Shown: in pieces, positions 13,346 to 29,083 of the stretch
Position numbering within the stretch: the first letter of the stretch is position 1
Layout: every line of letters starts with the position of its first letter
DNA from: Eledone cirrhosa
Taxonomy: Eukaryota
Direction: 5' to 3'
DNA: 64,000 nt
Assembly (NCBI GenBank): GCA_964016885.1
Contig: OZ024745.1
Span: forward strand, 19,716,001-19,780,000
Program-made: the position numbers and the translations under genes
The notes under the pieces: model-generated
What the model saw: the letters and a program-made list of their open reading frames with translations, nothing else
Told to the model about the DNA's origin: nothing
The model's database searches: none

Positions 13346-16300
13346 TCATCATCATCATTTTACGTCCGCTTTTCCCTGCTTGCAAGGGTGGGACGGGTCT
13401 TATTCAGCACAGCATCTCTCCACTCGTCACGGTCCTTCGTCATCTCCACCGTGAGCTTTAATGATCTGAGGTCTGTTCTCACCACCTCCGCCCATGTTTT
13501 TTCGTGGTCTACCTCTACCACGTCTTCCTTCAACTGGCATTTCCTGGCACTTCTTCACCCATCGGTCATCCTCCATGCGCATCACATGTCGATACCACCT
13601 CAGTCTCCTCTCCCGTACACTACATTCTATCCCTCACAGACACAGTTTCTCTCTCAACACATTTATGCTGGGTCGTTCACGCACATTTACACTGCACATC
13701 CAACGGAGCATGCTTGCCTCATTTCTCTCCAGCCGTCGCATATCCTCTGCAGTTGCTGCCCATGTCTCACTACCATGCAGCATCACGCTCCTCACACAGG
13801 CATCATACAACCGGCCTTTCGTACGCAGGGAGAAACCCTTCTTCGTCAACAGAGGAAGCAGCTCCCTAAACTTCTTCCAACCCGTCCTTATTCTAGATAC
13901 TATGGCCTCGGAGCACCCTCTTCCCATGCTAATCTGATCTCCTAGGTACTGGAAGCTATTCACCACTTCTATAGCGACCTCCTGCATCTGAAAAATGTGT
14001 CTATCAATGCGACTTCTACTGTCTAATTTCCCTGTAAATCTACTGCATACATATTTCTCCCTACCTGTTAGTTTGCCTGCTATCCTGCTACATCTCTTGT
14101 GTACCCAGGATCTGCATTGTGTGCATTTTATAGAATTTATGCCAGTTCCTTTTCTGCATATCGAACATGGCCATTTCTCGGACGGAATCAGGGTTTTGTC
14201 CTCTTTTCTACTCATCAACACTTTTGTCTTAGCTAGGTTCACTCTCAGTCCTCTTGCTTCCAACTGCTGTTTCCATAGCCAGAATTTATTCTCTAGCTCC
14301 TCTACTGATTCTGCTATAAGAACCAGATCGTCAGCATAGAGAAGTTCCCATGGACAGCCAGTCTTAAACTCCTCTGTTATGTCTTGGAGGACTATAATGA
14401 ACAAGAGCAGGCTGAGGACCGAACCTTGATGTACTCCTACTTGTATCTGGAATTCCTCACTAAACTCCATTCCTACCCTGACTTTACTGAGAGTACCTCT
14501 GTACAAAGTTTGCACTGTCCTCACAAGCCATTCCTCAACACCTAGCTTCCTTAGGGATCACCAGATGACAGATCGGGGTACCCTATCAAAGGCCTTCTCT
14601 AGGTCAACAAAGGCTAAGTATAGTGGCTTATTTTTCTCTAAGAACCTCTCTTGCAATTGTCTCACAAAGAAGAGGGCATCTGTTGTACTCTTCCCAGGCA
14701 CAAAACCAAACTGCATCTCATCTAGTTTGACCCTTTCTCTAATTAGTTGTGCTAATATCCTTTCTGCCACTTTCATAACCTGATCCTTCAGTTTTATACC
14801 CCTATAATTGCTCCTCTCCAGAGCATCCCCTTTACCTTTGTAGCAATTTATGAGAATACTGCTGCACCAGTCTTTGGGTATGACACCACCATATATAGCC
14901 TGATTGATGATGCGTGCAACCAGCTTAGTGCCTACGTCCCCTGATGCCTTCAGCATCTCAGCAACTATTCCCGATGGTCCAGCAGCCTTACCGTTTTTCA
15001 TTTCCCTAATCGCCTCTTGGACCCTATATTCGTCAATCTCAATAGCTGGTCCCTCTGTCGGATCTACTAAGGGTAATTTCTCTCTCTCCCATTCGTTCTC
15101 CACATTCATCAGTCTCTCATAATGACATTTCCAGGCCTCCTTTTTCTGATCATTCGTGACACTAAGTACACCGGCATCACCCCGGACACATTTATCTCCA
15201 ACAACATCCTGATTTACATTGACACACTGCCTTGCAATGTGGAACACCGCACGCCTCTGATCTTCCCGTCGCAGAACATTGGCAAACCTCCTACTCTCCG
15301 CCTCCCTGCGTGCTAAGTACACCTGACGTCTAGCTTCTCTCTTAGTGGCTGTATATTCTTCCCTACTCCCACCCTTTTTCCAAGCCTTCCATGCTAGTCT
15401 TTTGTCTCTAATGGCCTTATCTACTGTGCTGTTCCACCACCAGGTCACTCTCTGTCTGGTTGGAGCTCTGCTCCAGCCACAAGTTTCATCAGTAGCCTGC
15501 AGCAAGTTGTCACGTAAGAAATTCCAGTTATTATCTATGTCATACGTCCCTAAATCGTCTTCTTTTTCGTCATATACATCTTGAAGGGCTTTCCTAAATT
15601 TGTATTTTAGTGAAAGGTCTTTTAGCTTCCAGACCTTTCTTCTCCACACCTTCCTGTATGTCTCATTCCATCTCTTGCTTACTGAGATATCACTAACGAC
15701 TAACCTATGCTGTGGGGTACATTCTTCCCCAGGGTATGCCTTGGTATTAGACACTATCTGCCTGTCCCGCTGCCTAACTAGTAAGAAATCAATCTGGCTT
15801 ATGTGCTCACCAGATTTGTAGGTTATTAGGTGATTGGCAGGTTTCTGGAAGTTTGTGTTGCAAATAGTCAATGTACCTGCATCACAAAATTCAAGAAGTC
15901 TCACTCCTTCATTTCTTGAGCCGTAACCGTGCCCTCCATGTACCCCAGTGTAACCATCCTGGAGCTGTCCAACATGACCATTGAAGACTCCTGCTAGCAT
16001 AACGATGTCTCCGTCCTCTGTCATTGCGGTTGTTTGTAAAAGTTGCTCGTAAAAGCAGTCTTTCTCATCTTTGCCTAGGCCTGCTTGGGGAGCATAGGCC
16101 GAGATGATTGTCAGTAGTCTCCTGCCTACAACTAATCTAAGCTTAATTATTCGATTACTAACTCGAACTACCTCTATTGTCTTTTTGATCCATTTCTCAG
16201 CCAGGAAAATGCCTACTCCCCCTAACCCATCATCCTTACCTACCCAGAATAGCTTATAGTTAAGACGTTTGCCTACGACTAGTCTCACAGAGGCACCTCT

Positions 16301-16565
16301 CCATCTCACCTCTTGCACGCAGCACACACCCACATGCCTTCTCTCCAGCATCTCCGCCATTTCAGCAGATCTACCTCTGAGAGTGCCAACATTAAGTGTT
16401 GCAACTCTGAGATACGACGTCTTCATATTTTGTTGTTGTTCCTTTTTGTTGCTGTGCTGATAAGCGTTTTGGCATTGATACACTGGTTGGATGCCCTTCC
16501 TAACACCAGCGCCACTTTACAGCATGGACTGGGTGCTTTTATTTGTGCCACCAGCACTAGAGAGG
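13346..16565 (-). mobile_element. Near full-length RTE-clade LINE (5'UTR, APE, RT, PHD-type finger, 3' tail), frameshifted
   Basis: [46 protein letters not shown]; frameshifts near 14555 and 13635; (GAT)n tail. Confidence 0.95.
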
Positions 16566-16894
16566 ATGTCTTACTAGACTCAAGGGCCCTCTCTACCCCT
16601 CCATTTTACAGCATGGTCATTAAAAAAAAACAAAAAAAAAAAACTTATTGACACGACACACACTCACACACCAACACTCATGCATACAAACCACAAACAC
16701 ACACACGCCACTTACATACCAACACTCATTCATGCATATAAACACACACACCACTCACAAACACACACATATATCTATATATTACCGGCAGTACTGATAC
16801 AAATACAAAATCAAAATCATGTCAACTGTTGACTTTTCCCAGTCCAGTCCAGTTTTTATATAATAATAATAATAATTGTTTGTTTTACTCTGGT

Positions 16895-17205
16895 AATGGT
16901 GGTGGTGCTGGTGAATGGTGTCAGTATGGTGATGGTGGTGGTGGTGGTGGCAGTTGTTGTTGCTGTAGTTGTTATTGTAGTTGCTGCTGCTGTTGTTGTT
17001 GTTGTTGTTGTTGCTGTTGTTGTTGTTGTTGTAGTTGTTGCTGCTGCCGCTGCTGTTCTTCATTTCACTGATGCTGCAGACAATGGTGTTGATGCTGTTA
17101 TTGTAGTTGCATATATATAAATACATACATACACACACATTCAACACAGACAATGGTGTTGTTGCTGTTGTTGTTGGTGTTGTTGTTGTTGTAGTCGTTG
17201 CTGTG
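16895..17205. repeat. (GTT/GCT/GGT)n low-complexity tract
   Basis: Direct inspection. Confidence 0.9.
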
Positions 17206-17920
17206 TTGAAATCTGGTCGCATCCACATATACATACACATATATATATACATATATATATACATACACATATACACACACATATATATATGTATATACAC
17301 ATACATACATCAAAAGAGTTAGCAGTATGTCAACAGTCAACAGGTCAGCCACCTTAGATAGAGTAATGAGTAATGTGGTGATGGTGGGGAGCGAGTGTAG
17401 ACGTTATTGTTATTGTGGTGGCGGAGGTCAGTGAGATGTACAAGTTCATAGTTCACTTGTCTCTTTTCCTCTCTCTTCAAAATTTAGAATTTATGGCCTT
17501 TTGCAATGGCAGACAAGTATATATAATATATAAGAAGCAAAGAAAATTTCAATGATACGAAAGATTTCCTGGTGGAAGTTCAGGTGTACTCAGGGTTGGT
17601 ATCCAGTTTCGGGGTGAAAATCCAATTAGAAAATCCAACGAATTTTGAGAGGTCGACGTAAGCATTGATATATATATGTATGTAAAATGTAAACAGAAAT
17701 AACAACACATATACTAATGAACATGTTCTTACATTAAACACAGAGGGACATCTGTAAATGATAATAACAATATTTAGATATAAATGTACATATCTCTATT
17801 GGTCTCATAATTTTTTCATTTTATTTCCTTGTGTGTAGCAACACGTGGTTGTGTGTTGCTGATGACTCTAGTAGAGCCCAATAAAACACGTATATATATA
17901 TATATATATATATACATATA

Positions 17921-17970
<50 letters not shown>

Positions 17971-18248
17971 ACACACGTACATATGTGTATATAATATATT
18001 CCCTCCCAACTATAGAATATATGTGTAACCTGATACTGCCAGTCAGTTGTCTCTTATCATACTGTCCTTTAATTTATTTTCTGTTATATTGGAAACATGT
18101 GTACATGGCACCGACTTTAATTATCATTAACAACTTTCTACCCTCACTCTACTCTCTTTCTCTGCAGAATCAATCCTCTTCTTGGATACCAATAAATACA
18201 TACACACATATATACATTACACATATATATATATACAGATATATATAC

Positions 18249-18281
<33 letters not shown>

Positions 18282-18284
18282 CAC

Positions 18285-18367
<83 letters not shown>

Positions 18368-18431
18368 GAGATGAAATCGAAAATGCAACTGAAGTCTTAT
18401 TTTTTTTAAAGATATATATATTTATTTGGTT

Positions 18432-18469
18432 CCTTTACCGGTTTCGCAGTTCTTCTGCTTTTCAAAAGG
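18432..18469 (-). ncRNA. Minimal type-I hammerhead ribozyme, U3-A8 core variant
   Basis: Minus strand reads cctt-TTGAAAA-gcag(aagaa)ctgc-GAAAC-cg-GTA-aagg; stem III is the palindrome ACCGGT. Confidence 0.72.
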
Positions 18470-18588
18470 TGAGTTGAGATGGAGGGTCTGTGGTTTTTCT
18501 CACATCGTGTGTATGTATACATATATACATACACACGAACACACACACACATATATATATATACACATGTATATATATATATATACAT

Positions 18589-18705
18589 ATAGGAAAAAGT
18601 ATGACCCCGACGGCAGAGCTCAAGCCATTTCGACGGCTATTTCTAGTCCAGAAATAGCCGTCGAAACGGCTTGAGCTCTGCCGTAGGGGTCATACTTTTT
18701 CCTAT
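18589..18705. repeat. Fold-back hairpin with 56-bp arms, containing the 3' half of an HHR
   Basis: Arms 18589-18644 and 18650-18705, 2 mismatches; right arm has GAAAC-ggc..gcc-GTA; related sequence at 10926-11050 and 41310-41355. Confidence 0.85.
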
Positions 18706-18835
18706 TTCCCACTCTACTACCCTAAGTATTGAGTACTCGGGTGCGTTATGGTACATCTGGTTCCTTACCACAATTCCTTTGTTATATATATATATATATA
18801 TATATATACCGATATATATATATATGTACACACGT

Positions 18836-18867
<32 letters not shown>

Positions 18868-18889
18868 GCACATATATACACTCACACAC

Positions 18890-21960
<3,071 letters not shown>

Positions 21961-21996
<36 letters not shown>

Positions 21997-22024
21997 TGCG
22001 TGTACATATATATATATATATACA

Positions 22025-22066
<42 letters not shown>

Positions 22067-22475
22067 CATACGTTAAGACGGGCGTTGCGGAAAGTGAAAG
22101 TAAATTTTTTGACAACAGTCAATTTGTTTTTTTGTTTTTTTATGTGTGTACACTGTGAATTTGTTTGTTTATTTACAACTGGTCTCTATAGTGATATGGT
22201 GTTAATTAGTATTGCGTGTGTGATTATTTTTTCTTTAGATAGACGTTAAACGATGATGATGACACAAACACATATATATATGTACAAACACACATATATA
22301 TATACATACAGACACACATATATATACACACATATACACACCCACACATATATATATATTAAGAAATCCATACAATTGCGTGTGTATCGTAACTTTCATT
22401 GTAAAAAAAAAAAAAAAACAAATTCACTGTTGTAAAAAAATTTACTTTCACTTTCCGCAACGCCCGTCTTAACGT

Positions 22476-22551
<76 letters not shown>

Positions 22552-22575
22552 TGTATATATATATATGTACACACA

Positions 22576-22648
<73 letters not shown>

Positions 22649-22743
22649 TATATATATATATGTACACACACACTATATATATATATATATATATGCACAT
22701 ATATACACACACACACATGTATATATATATATATGTACACGCA

Positions 22744-22810
<67 letters not shown>

Positions 22811-22812
22811 TG
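21961..22812. repeat. Inverted duplication with TA/CA-rich arms
   Basis: 22065-22135 is the reverse complement of about 22408-22480; symmetry continues into the microsatellite flanks, and the right flank is tandemly reiterated. Confidence 0.8.
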
Positions 22813-23096
22813 TTTATATATCCTCTTTTTTACATTTGATACAAGGAGAATAAATTGAATGTTGAAGAAGAGAGATAGAAGACATCATTAATAGGTGAGC
22901 TGTGTTATCAAATACATGACTTGTTGAGAATATATTTTGCTGAAACAGAGTGATTCTTATCACAATCTCCTCCACCTCCCTCCTCCATCTTCTTCTTTAG
23001 TCTTCGGGTAAAACTTCAGCTACCCTTTAAGGTGACATTCCAGTAGTTTCTGAGGTGGAAATAGGCTGGAACCAACAACCACAGTTTCACTATATA

Positions 23097-23097
<1 letters not shown>

Positions 23098-23195
<98 letters not shown>

Positions 23196-23213
23196 GGTGG
23201 TGGTGGTGGTGGT
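23098..23213. repeat. (GTT)n(GGT)n microsatellite
   Basis: Direct inspection. Confidence 0.95.
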
Positions 23214-23441
23214 AAATAGATTTTAATTTCTACTTATATTATTAGCAATTAATTGTTTTCCATTAGTCTATTGCTGTTGTTGTTGTTGTTGCTGTTGTTG
23301 TTGTTGTTGTTGTTGTTGCTGTTGTTCTATAGCCTCAATTCACCAGAACAAAATTAATTTAATTCTGCTCCCAAGAATTGCCTCCTCTTCCCATTTCCAC
23401 TACAATTATTTATCATTGTTAACAAATTGATTTGTGCAAAT

Positions 23442-24539
23442 ATGGTATAGCATAGTATGGTATAGTGTGGTATGGTATGGTATGGTATAGTGTGGTATGG
23501 TATGGTGAGGTATAGTGTGGTATAGTATGGTATGGTATAGTGTGGTATGGTGTGGTATGGTATGGTGAGGTATGGTATAGTATGGTATGGTGTGGTATGG
23601 TGAGGTATAGTGTGGTATGGTAAGGTGAGGTATAGTGTGGTATGGTATGGTATAGTGTGGTACTGTATGGTGAGGTGTAGTATGGTATAGTGTGGTACTG
23701 TATGGTGAGGTATAGTATGGTATAGTGTGGTATAGAATGGTATAGTGTGGTACTGTATGGTGAGGTATAGTATGGTATGGTATGGTGAGATATAGTATGG
23801 TATAGTGTGGTATAGTATGGTATGGTATGGTGTGGTATAGTATGGTATAGTATAGTGTGGTAAAGTGTAGTATAGTATGGTATGGTATAGTGTGGTATGG
23901 TTTAGTGTGGTATAATATGGTATAATGTGCTATGGTATAGTGTGGTATAGTATGGTATAGTGTGGAATAGTATTGTATAGTGTGCTATGGCATGGTATAG
24001 TGTGGTATAGCATGGTATAGTGTGGTATAGTATGGTTATGGTATAGTGTGCTATGGCATGGTATAGTGTGGTATAGCATGGTATAGTGTGGTATAGTATG
24101 GTATGGTATAGTGTGGTATGGTATAGTGTGGTATAATAGTATGGTATAGTGTGGTATAGTGTGGTATGGTATAGTGTGGTATAGTATGGTATGGTATAGT
24201 GAGGTATAGTATAGTATGGTATAGTGTGGTATGGTATGGTGTGGTATAGTGTGGTATAGTGTGGTATGGTGTGGTGTGGTATGGTGTGGTATAGTATGGT
24301 ATGGTATAGTGAGGTATAGTATAGTATGGTATAGTGTGGTATGGTATGGTGTGGTATAGTGTGGTATAGTGTGGTATGGTGTGGTGTGGTATGGTGTGGT
24401 ATGGTATGGTGTGGTATAGTGTAGTATAGTGTGGTATGGTATGGTGTGGTGTGGTATGGTATAGTTTAGTATAGTATAATGTGGTTTGGTGTGGTGTGGT
24501 ATAGTATGGTATAGTGTGGTGTGGTGTGGTGTGGGGTGG
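23442..24539. repeat. Pentamer satellite (TATGG/TATAG/TGTGG)n
   Basis: Direct inspection. Confidence 0.95.
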
Positions 24540-25660
24540 TCACGTAACTCCTGATAGAGTGATAGGGAGGGATACCATGTTGACATATGCTGTTTCTTGG
24601 GCATTTTAAAACCAGCCGGGCCATCTTTTCTCCAGGTGTGAACACAGCATATTTCTTCCAGAGAAGGATAAAGAGAGAGGAAGTAAGAGAGAGATATAGA
24701 GGAAGAATCAACCCCAGTACTAAACTGGTACTTTTTTATCGACTTCGAAATCGCTTGGCATCACATTCGGGTTTTTACCTTCCTTTAGACCTACTCTGCT
24801 TCTTCCCATGCATAGAGTTCTACTTTTATTTATAATCTCCCTGTCTCAGCACTGCAGACTTTATAGATATACAGTTGTCCCCTGGTATTAGCAGGGGTGA
24901 CATTCCTAGAGCACCTGTGAAGAGTGAAAAACCGTGAATATGCGGTGGTTTCCATGAACAATTATTAGTTACTGTATTTTCCAGTGCCGAAAATGGTTCG
25001 TGCTCGAGGACGACCTTGATTTTGACAACCAAAAATAAAAAAAAAATGTAATAAACAACCTTCGGCCTCCAGGACGCAGGGTAGATTTCTGAGACTTATT
25101 TTAGGAAAAAGTAGCATCTTTGACGCCGGGAAATATGGTAGGTTCTAAGGAAAATTCTGCGAATGTCGACGGTACACTGTATATACATATATATCATCAT
25201 CATCATCATCATCATCACTGTTTAAATAGACATCAAACAGTGATGATGAAGATGATGATATATATATATCACAACTAGCAGGGTTCTATACCAGAATGTT
25301 TGTTCAATTCAAAGGGTGATTGTCCTACTAATACAACAGGATGGACAGATTATGAGGAAACAACAACTACACCAATAATGAAACAAACAACAAAAACAAA
25401 AGCTAAACCAGAAATATGAGCAGATTAAGCAGCTGGATAAATGCCTAGAATCTCATGTGGAGTAGACAATTTGACAAACTATAAAGCAACATTATCTATT
25501 GAAAGAGTGGAGCATGAGTTGATATAATATTTAATTTAACCGTTAGTCAGCTAATTCCTTCTTTTATGATCAGCTTAACAGTGAAAGGGGATTCTATGAT
25601 ACTTCATAAGAGTGTATATATATATATATATATATACATACACTGTCTATATATATATAT

Positions 25661-26010
25661 GATGATGGCTGCCCCCTCGTTATCGAGTATGGCCATTGTA
25701 TGATATACCATTATTAATAATTATTAACTAATTCTATCATGCAATGCCTGTGCGTGAAGATATTTTTTAAAGTGAGGAAAGACTGTGCACTGAGCCAATC
25801 CCACTCTCTGAGCGACTAGCTATAACCCGAAAAGAAGAAAAGATCAACATCATTGGTAACTACTGAGCCGCAGGTTTTATATCGGAATTATCCCAGTTTC
25901 CTGAGTTGCCTTCTCCTAGAAGAATGCCCTGACAAAGGCTAGGGGTCCTTCATTCCCAGTGGTTTAACCGCGTGATCGGGTGTCCAGCCCGACTATTTCT
26001 ATGTCCCAGC
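25661..26010 (-). mobile_element. Bipartite non-autonomous RTE derivative (5'UTR-like part joined to a 3' tail)
   Basis: 25661-25700 matches the tail at 9489-9530; the motif agcctttgtc..ctaggagaagg.aactc is shared with about 12030-12071. Confidence 0.6.
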
Positions 26011-26132
26011 GCATATACATACACATTCACCCATGTATATACACATATACATATACATACATATGTACATGCTCCTGTCTAACCCATGCTAGCGTGGAAA
26101 ATGGACGTTAAACGAAGATGATGATGATGATG

Positions 26133-26163
<31 letters not shown>

Positions 26164-26518
26164 CACACCCTTATATTAACATACCTTTGCTCATAGCTTC
26201 GTACTTACATGCACACACACTCTTTTACTTACATATACACACACATATCTTCTTAGCTTTGTACAGACGTATAATAACACACACACACATGCTTACGCAC
26301 ATGCACAAGTATAACTCTTTTTACAAAACGCTTTTTTTTCCATTTCAGATAGACGCGCTCCATCAACCACTTTTCTAAAAAATAAATCATACACAAAACG
26401 CCAGCACCAACAGTTTTGCCAGAGATGTCAGCATGAATGGACCTGTTATTTTTATCTAAAGACATTTTTTCCAATTCCAACCTGCACATCCCCTCAATCT
26501 ATTTTATTTCTCATTCTT

Positions 26519-26554
26519 TCTTCTGATGAAGGACTAGCATCCGAAACATTAAGA
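26519..26554 (+). ncRNA. Degenerate minimal hammerhead motif
   Basis: tctt-CTGATGA-a-gga(ctagca)tcc-GAAAC-att-aaga; stem III is broken, as expected if acgt decayed to acat. Confidence 0.45.
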
Positions 26555-26854
26555 CCCTCTTCCTGCTATATCAAGTGTTAACCTAATATATCCCTTCCAT
26601 ATACTGTACCAATTGTGTTGTTACTTCTGTTTACCTTTTACATACATATATATATACAGTTCCTGTATGAGCAAGGCATGGTCAGCCGACCAGACACTGC
26701 CCACAACAGGACAACCCGTCTAACCCATGCTAGCATGGAAGAACGGACGTAAAACGGTGATGATGATGATGATATATACTAAACAGTGAAAGATTCTACA
26801 TCATAAGATAGTAAACACACACACACAGTGAAAGACTCTATATACATATAAAGT

Positions 26855-26905
26855 TAGTTCCACAACATATTAGCAAACCATCTTTGCTAATATGTTGTGG
26901 AACTA
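26855..26905. repeat. Perfect hairpin with 23-bp arms
   Basis: tagttccacaacatattagcaaa-ccatc-tttgctaatatgttgtggaacta. Confidence 0.9.
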
Positions 26906-27033
26906 GTATTATACCAAACGCGTTCTATAGACTGAGTACTCTACTTTCTACAGATATAACCTCCCAGTGTTCTACCACTATATATATACATATATATACA
27001 TATATATATGTATATATATGTATATATATATGT

Positions 27034-27243
27034 AATGTGGCCGAGTAGGCAACACGGTAAAAACCTCCCAGCCCCACACTGTAAATGTGGTTGGTGTTAG
27101 GAAGGGCATCCAACTGTAGAAAACCCGCCAGACAGTCCTATGCGAGCAAGACAACCACTCTTGCTTCAAGTGGGAAAACCCCCGTCCAAACCCATGCAAG
27201 CGTGGAACACGGACGCTAAACCTGATGATGATGATGATGATGA
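27034..27243 (+). mobile_element. SINE-like RTE-tailed element
   Basis: Copy of 316-531. Confidence 0.75.
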
Positions 27244-27350
27244 TATATATATACAAAGATCGGAATTAAGAGTATTCCGCAGTTTACTGTAATAATAATA
27301 ATAGTATTAGCTCAAAGAAGAAGAGAAAATTTCCTTCTGAGCTCAAATGC

Positions 27351-27688
27351 AAGTATATATTACACAAAGAGAAGTGTGTTACACAGTGAGATGTGTGTAA
27401 AGAATTATTACAAGTGATTTTACCGTTACTGTATAGGGAACAATATCTAGAGGTTAGCAATTAAATAGAAAAAAACCAATTCAGAATCAAATCTCTGGAT
27501 TAGAGTTTTAAATCACAAAAGGTTTGTGATTTAAAACTCTAATCCAGAGATTTGATTCTGAATTGGTTTTTTTCTATTTAATTGCTAACCTGTAGATATT
27601 GTTCCCTATACAGTAACGGTAAAATCACTTGTAATAATTCTTTACACACGTCTCACTGTATAACACACTTCTCTTTGTGTAATATATA

Positions 27689-27691
<3 letters not shown>
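27351..27691. repeat. Palindrome with 169-bp arms, ending at (TA)n
   Basis: Arms 27351-27519 and 27523-27691, 3-nt loop, 3 mismatches. Confidence 0.95.
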
Positions 27692-27729
<38 letters not shown>

Positions 27730-27858
27730 GTGAGGTTTTTTTACACAAAAAAAAATAACCGAGGAGTCCTACACAAGAGAAAGTATAAAGAAAAAAAGAT
27801 GAAATCGAAAATGCAACTGGAGTCTTATTTAAAAAAAAATATATATATTTATTTGGTT

Positions 27859-27896
27859 CCTTTACCGGTTTCGCAGTTCTTCTGCTTTTCAAAAGT
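27859..27896 (-). ncRNA. Minimal hammerhead ribozyme, U3-A8 variant (second copy)
   Basis: Same as 18432-18469, within a duplicated ~150-bp island (18363-18503 vs 27790-27932). Confidence 0.68.
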
Positions 27897-27927
27897 AGAG
27901 TTGAGATGGAGGGTCTGTGGTTTTTCT

Positions 27928-27967
<40 letters not shown>

Positions 27968-28120
27968 GAAACACACAGATACATGCGGACACACACATAT
28001 ACATGAATGCATCCGCACCCAACCGTGAGTTAAGGGTGCCAACTTCACCGATGTTGCTCAATGAATGACTGGGACAGACCAATCCAGTTGAACTAGACTG
28101 AACCAGTATCAGAGTTAAAA

Positions 28121-28579
28121 ATACATTATGAAGAGAGAAGAAACATTTAGATATAATTAGTAATAAAATGTATCATACCTAAACTGCTCCTAGATTCCTC
28201 GACTACGTAGTTTCGTGGCATAAACAAAAACAATACATCATAAAGATATAGAGTCCTTGCGAGGTCTGCCGACTTATCAAGAGGATACCTCATTTTACTA
28301 GTCTCAAGAACGCGTCTACACGACGTGAGAAAGAATCCCAAAAGGCGGAGGGGGAGATAGTCACGCGATATAACGGTCGAGAAACAGAGCTAAGCCTCTT
28401 ATAACCCCGAAGAAAATACCACGGAGGTGGAGGGGGTATTTATATCGAAGCCGTAGAAGAGGTGGTGAAGGAGGCGAGAAGTATGAGTAATGGAAGCTTT
28501 CCAGCTGTCCCCACACTTCAGGTATGATACATTTTATTACTAATTATATCTAAATGTTTCTTCTCTCTTCATAATGTAT
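28121..28579. mobile_element. HHR-bearing island with a perfect 60-bp inverted duplication (Penelope pLTR or retrozyme-like)
   Basis: 28121-28180 is the reverse complement of 28520-28579; the right arm abuts (TA)n. Confidence 0.7.
28196..28285 (-). ncRNA. Type-I hammerhead ribozyme, U3-A8 variant, long loop II
   Basis: Minus strand reads tcctc-TTGATAA-gt(c)ggca...tgccac-GAAAC-tacgta-GTC-gagga; stem III is the palindrome ACTACGTAGT. Confidence 0.75.
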
Positions 28580-28582
28580 ATA

Positions 28583-28611
<29 letters not shown>

Positions 28612-28614
<3 letters not shown>

Positions 28615-29083
28615 AATTGTTTCTACTTTTGGCCCAAGGCCAGCAATTATCCCAGTGCATTACTGGTACTTTATTTTATCGACCCCGTAAGGATGAAAGG
28701 CAAAGTTAACTTCGGCGGGATTTGAACTCAGAATGGCAAGAGCTGTAACTCTATGTGTCAAAGCATGGCGTCCGACCCTCTACCAATACTGCCAATCCAC
28801 CGCCTTATATAATAATAATAATAAAAATGTTCACTCCAACATTAGTTTATTAAAGTTAACATCATGAGAGTATCTGAAACTACAATAAACTATTATTGAT
28901 TATAATTGGCAGTATCAGTAGAGGGTCGGACGCCATGCTTTCCAGAATAGTTACGTCCCTTTACGATCTGAGTTCAAATCCCGCCGAGGTTGACTTTGCC
29001 TTTCATCCTTACGGGGTCGATAAAATAAAGTACCAGTAATGCACTTGGTAATTGCTGGCCTTGTGCCTAAAGTAGAAACAATT
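28612..29083. mobile_element. Two Meta-domain-type tRNA SINEs in head-to-head orientation
   Basis: 28612-28806 (-) and 28906-29083 (+); B-box gagttcaaatcc; gcctttcatccttacggggtcgataaaataaagtaccag domain. Confidence 0.75.

Noticed and set aside
17855-17893. CTGATGA-ctct(agt)agag-cccaat-AAAAC-ac-GTA
   Set aside because: Probably a dead hammerhead: G12 is lost and the stem II 5' strand appears partly deleted, so it is not called as a feature.
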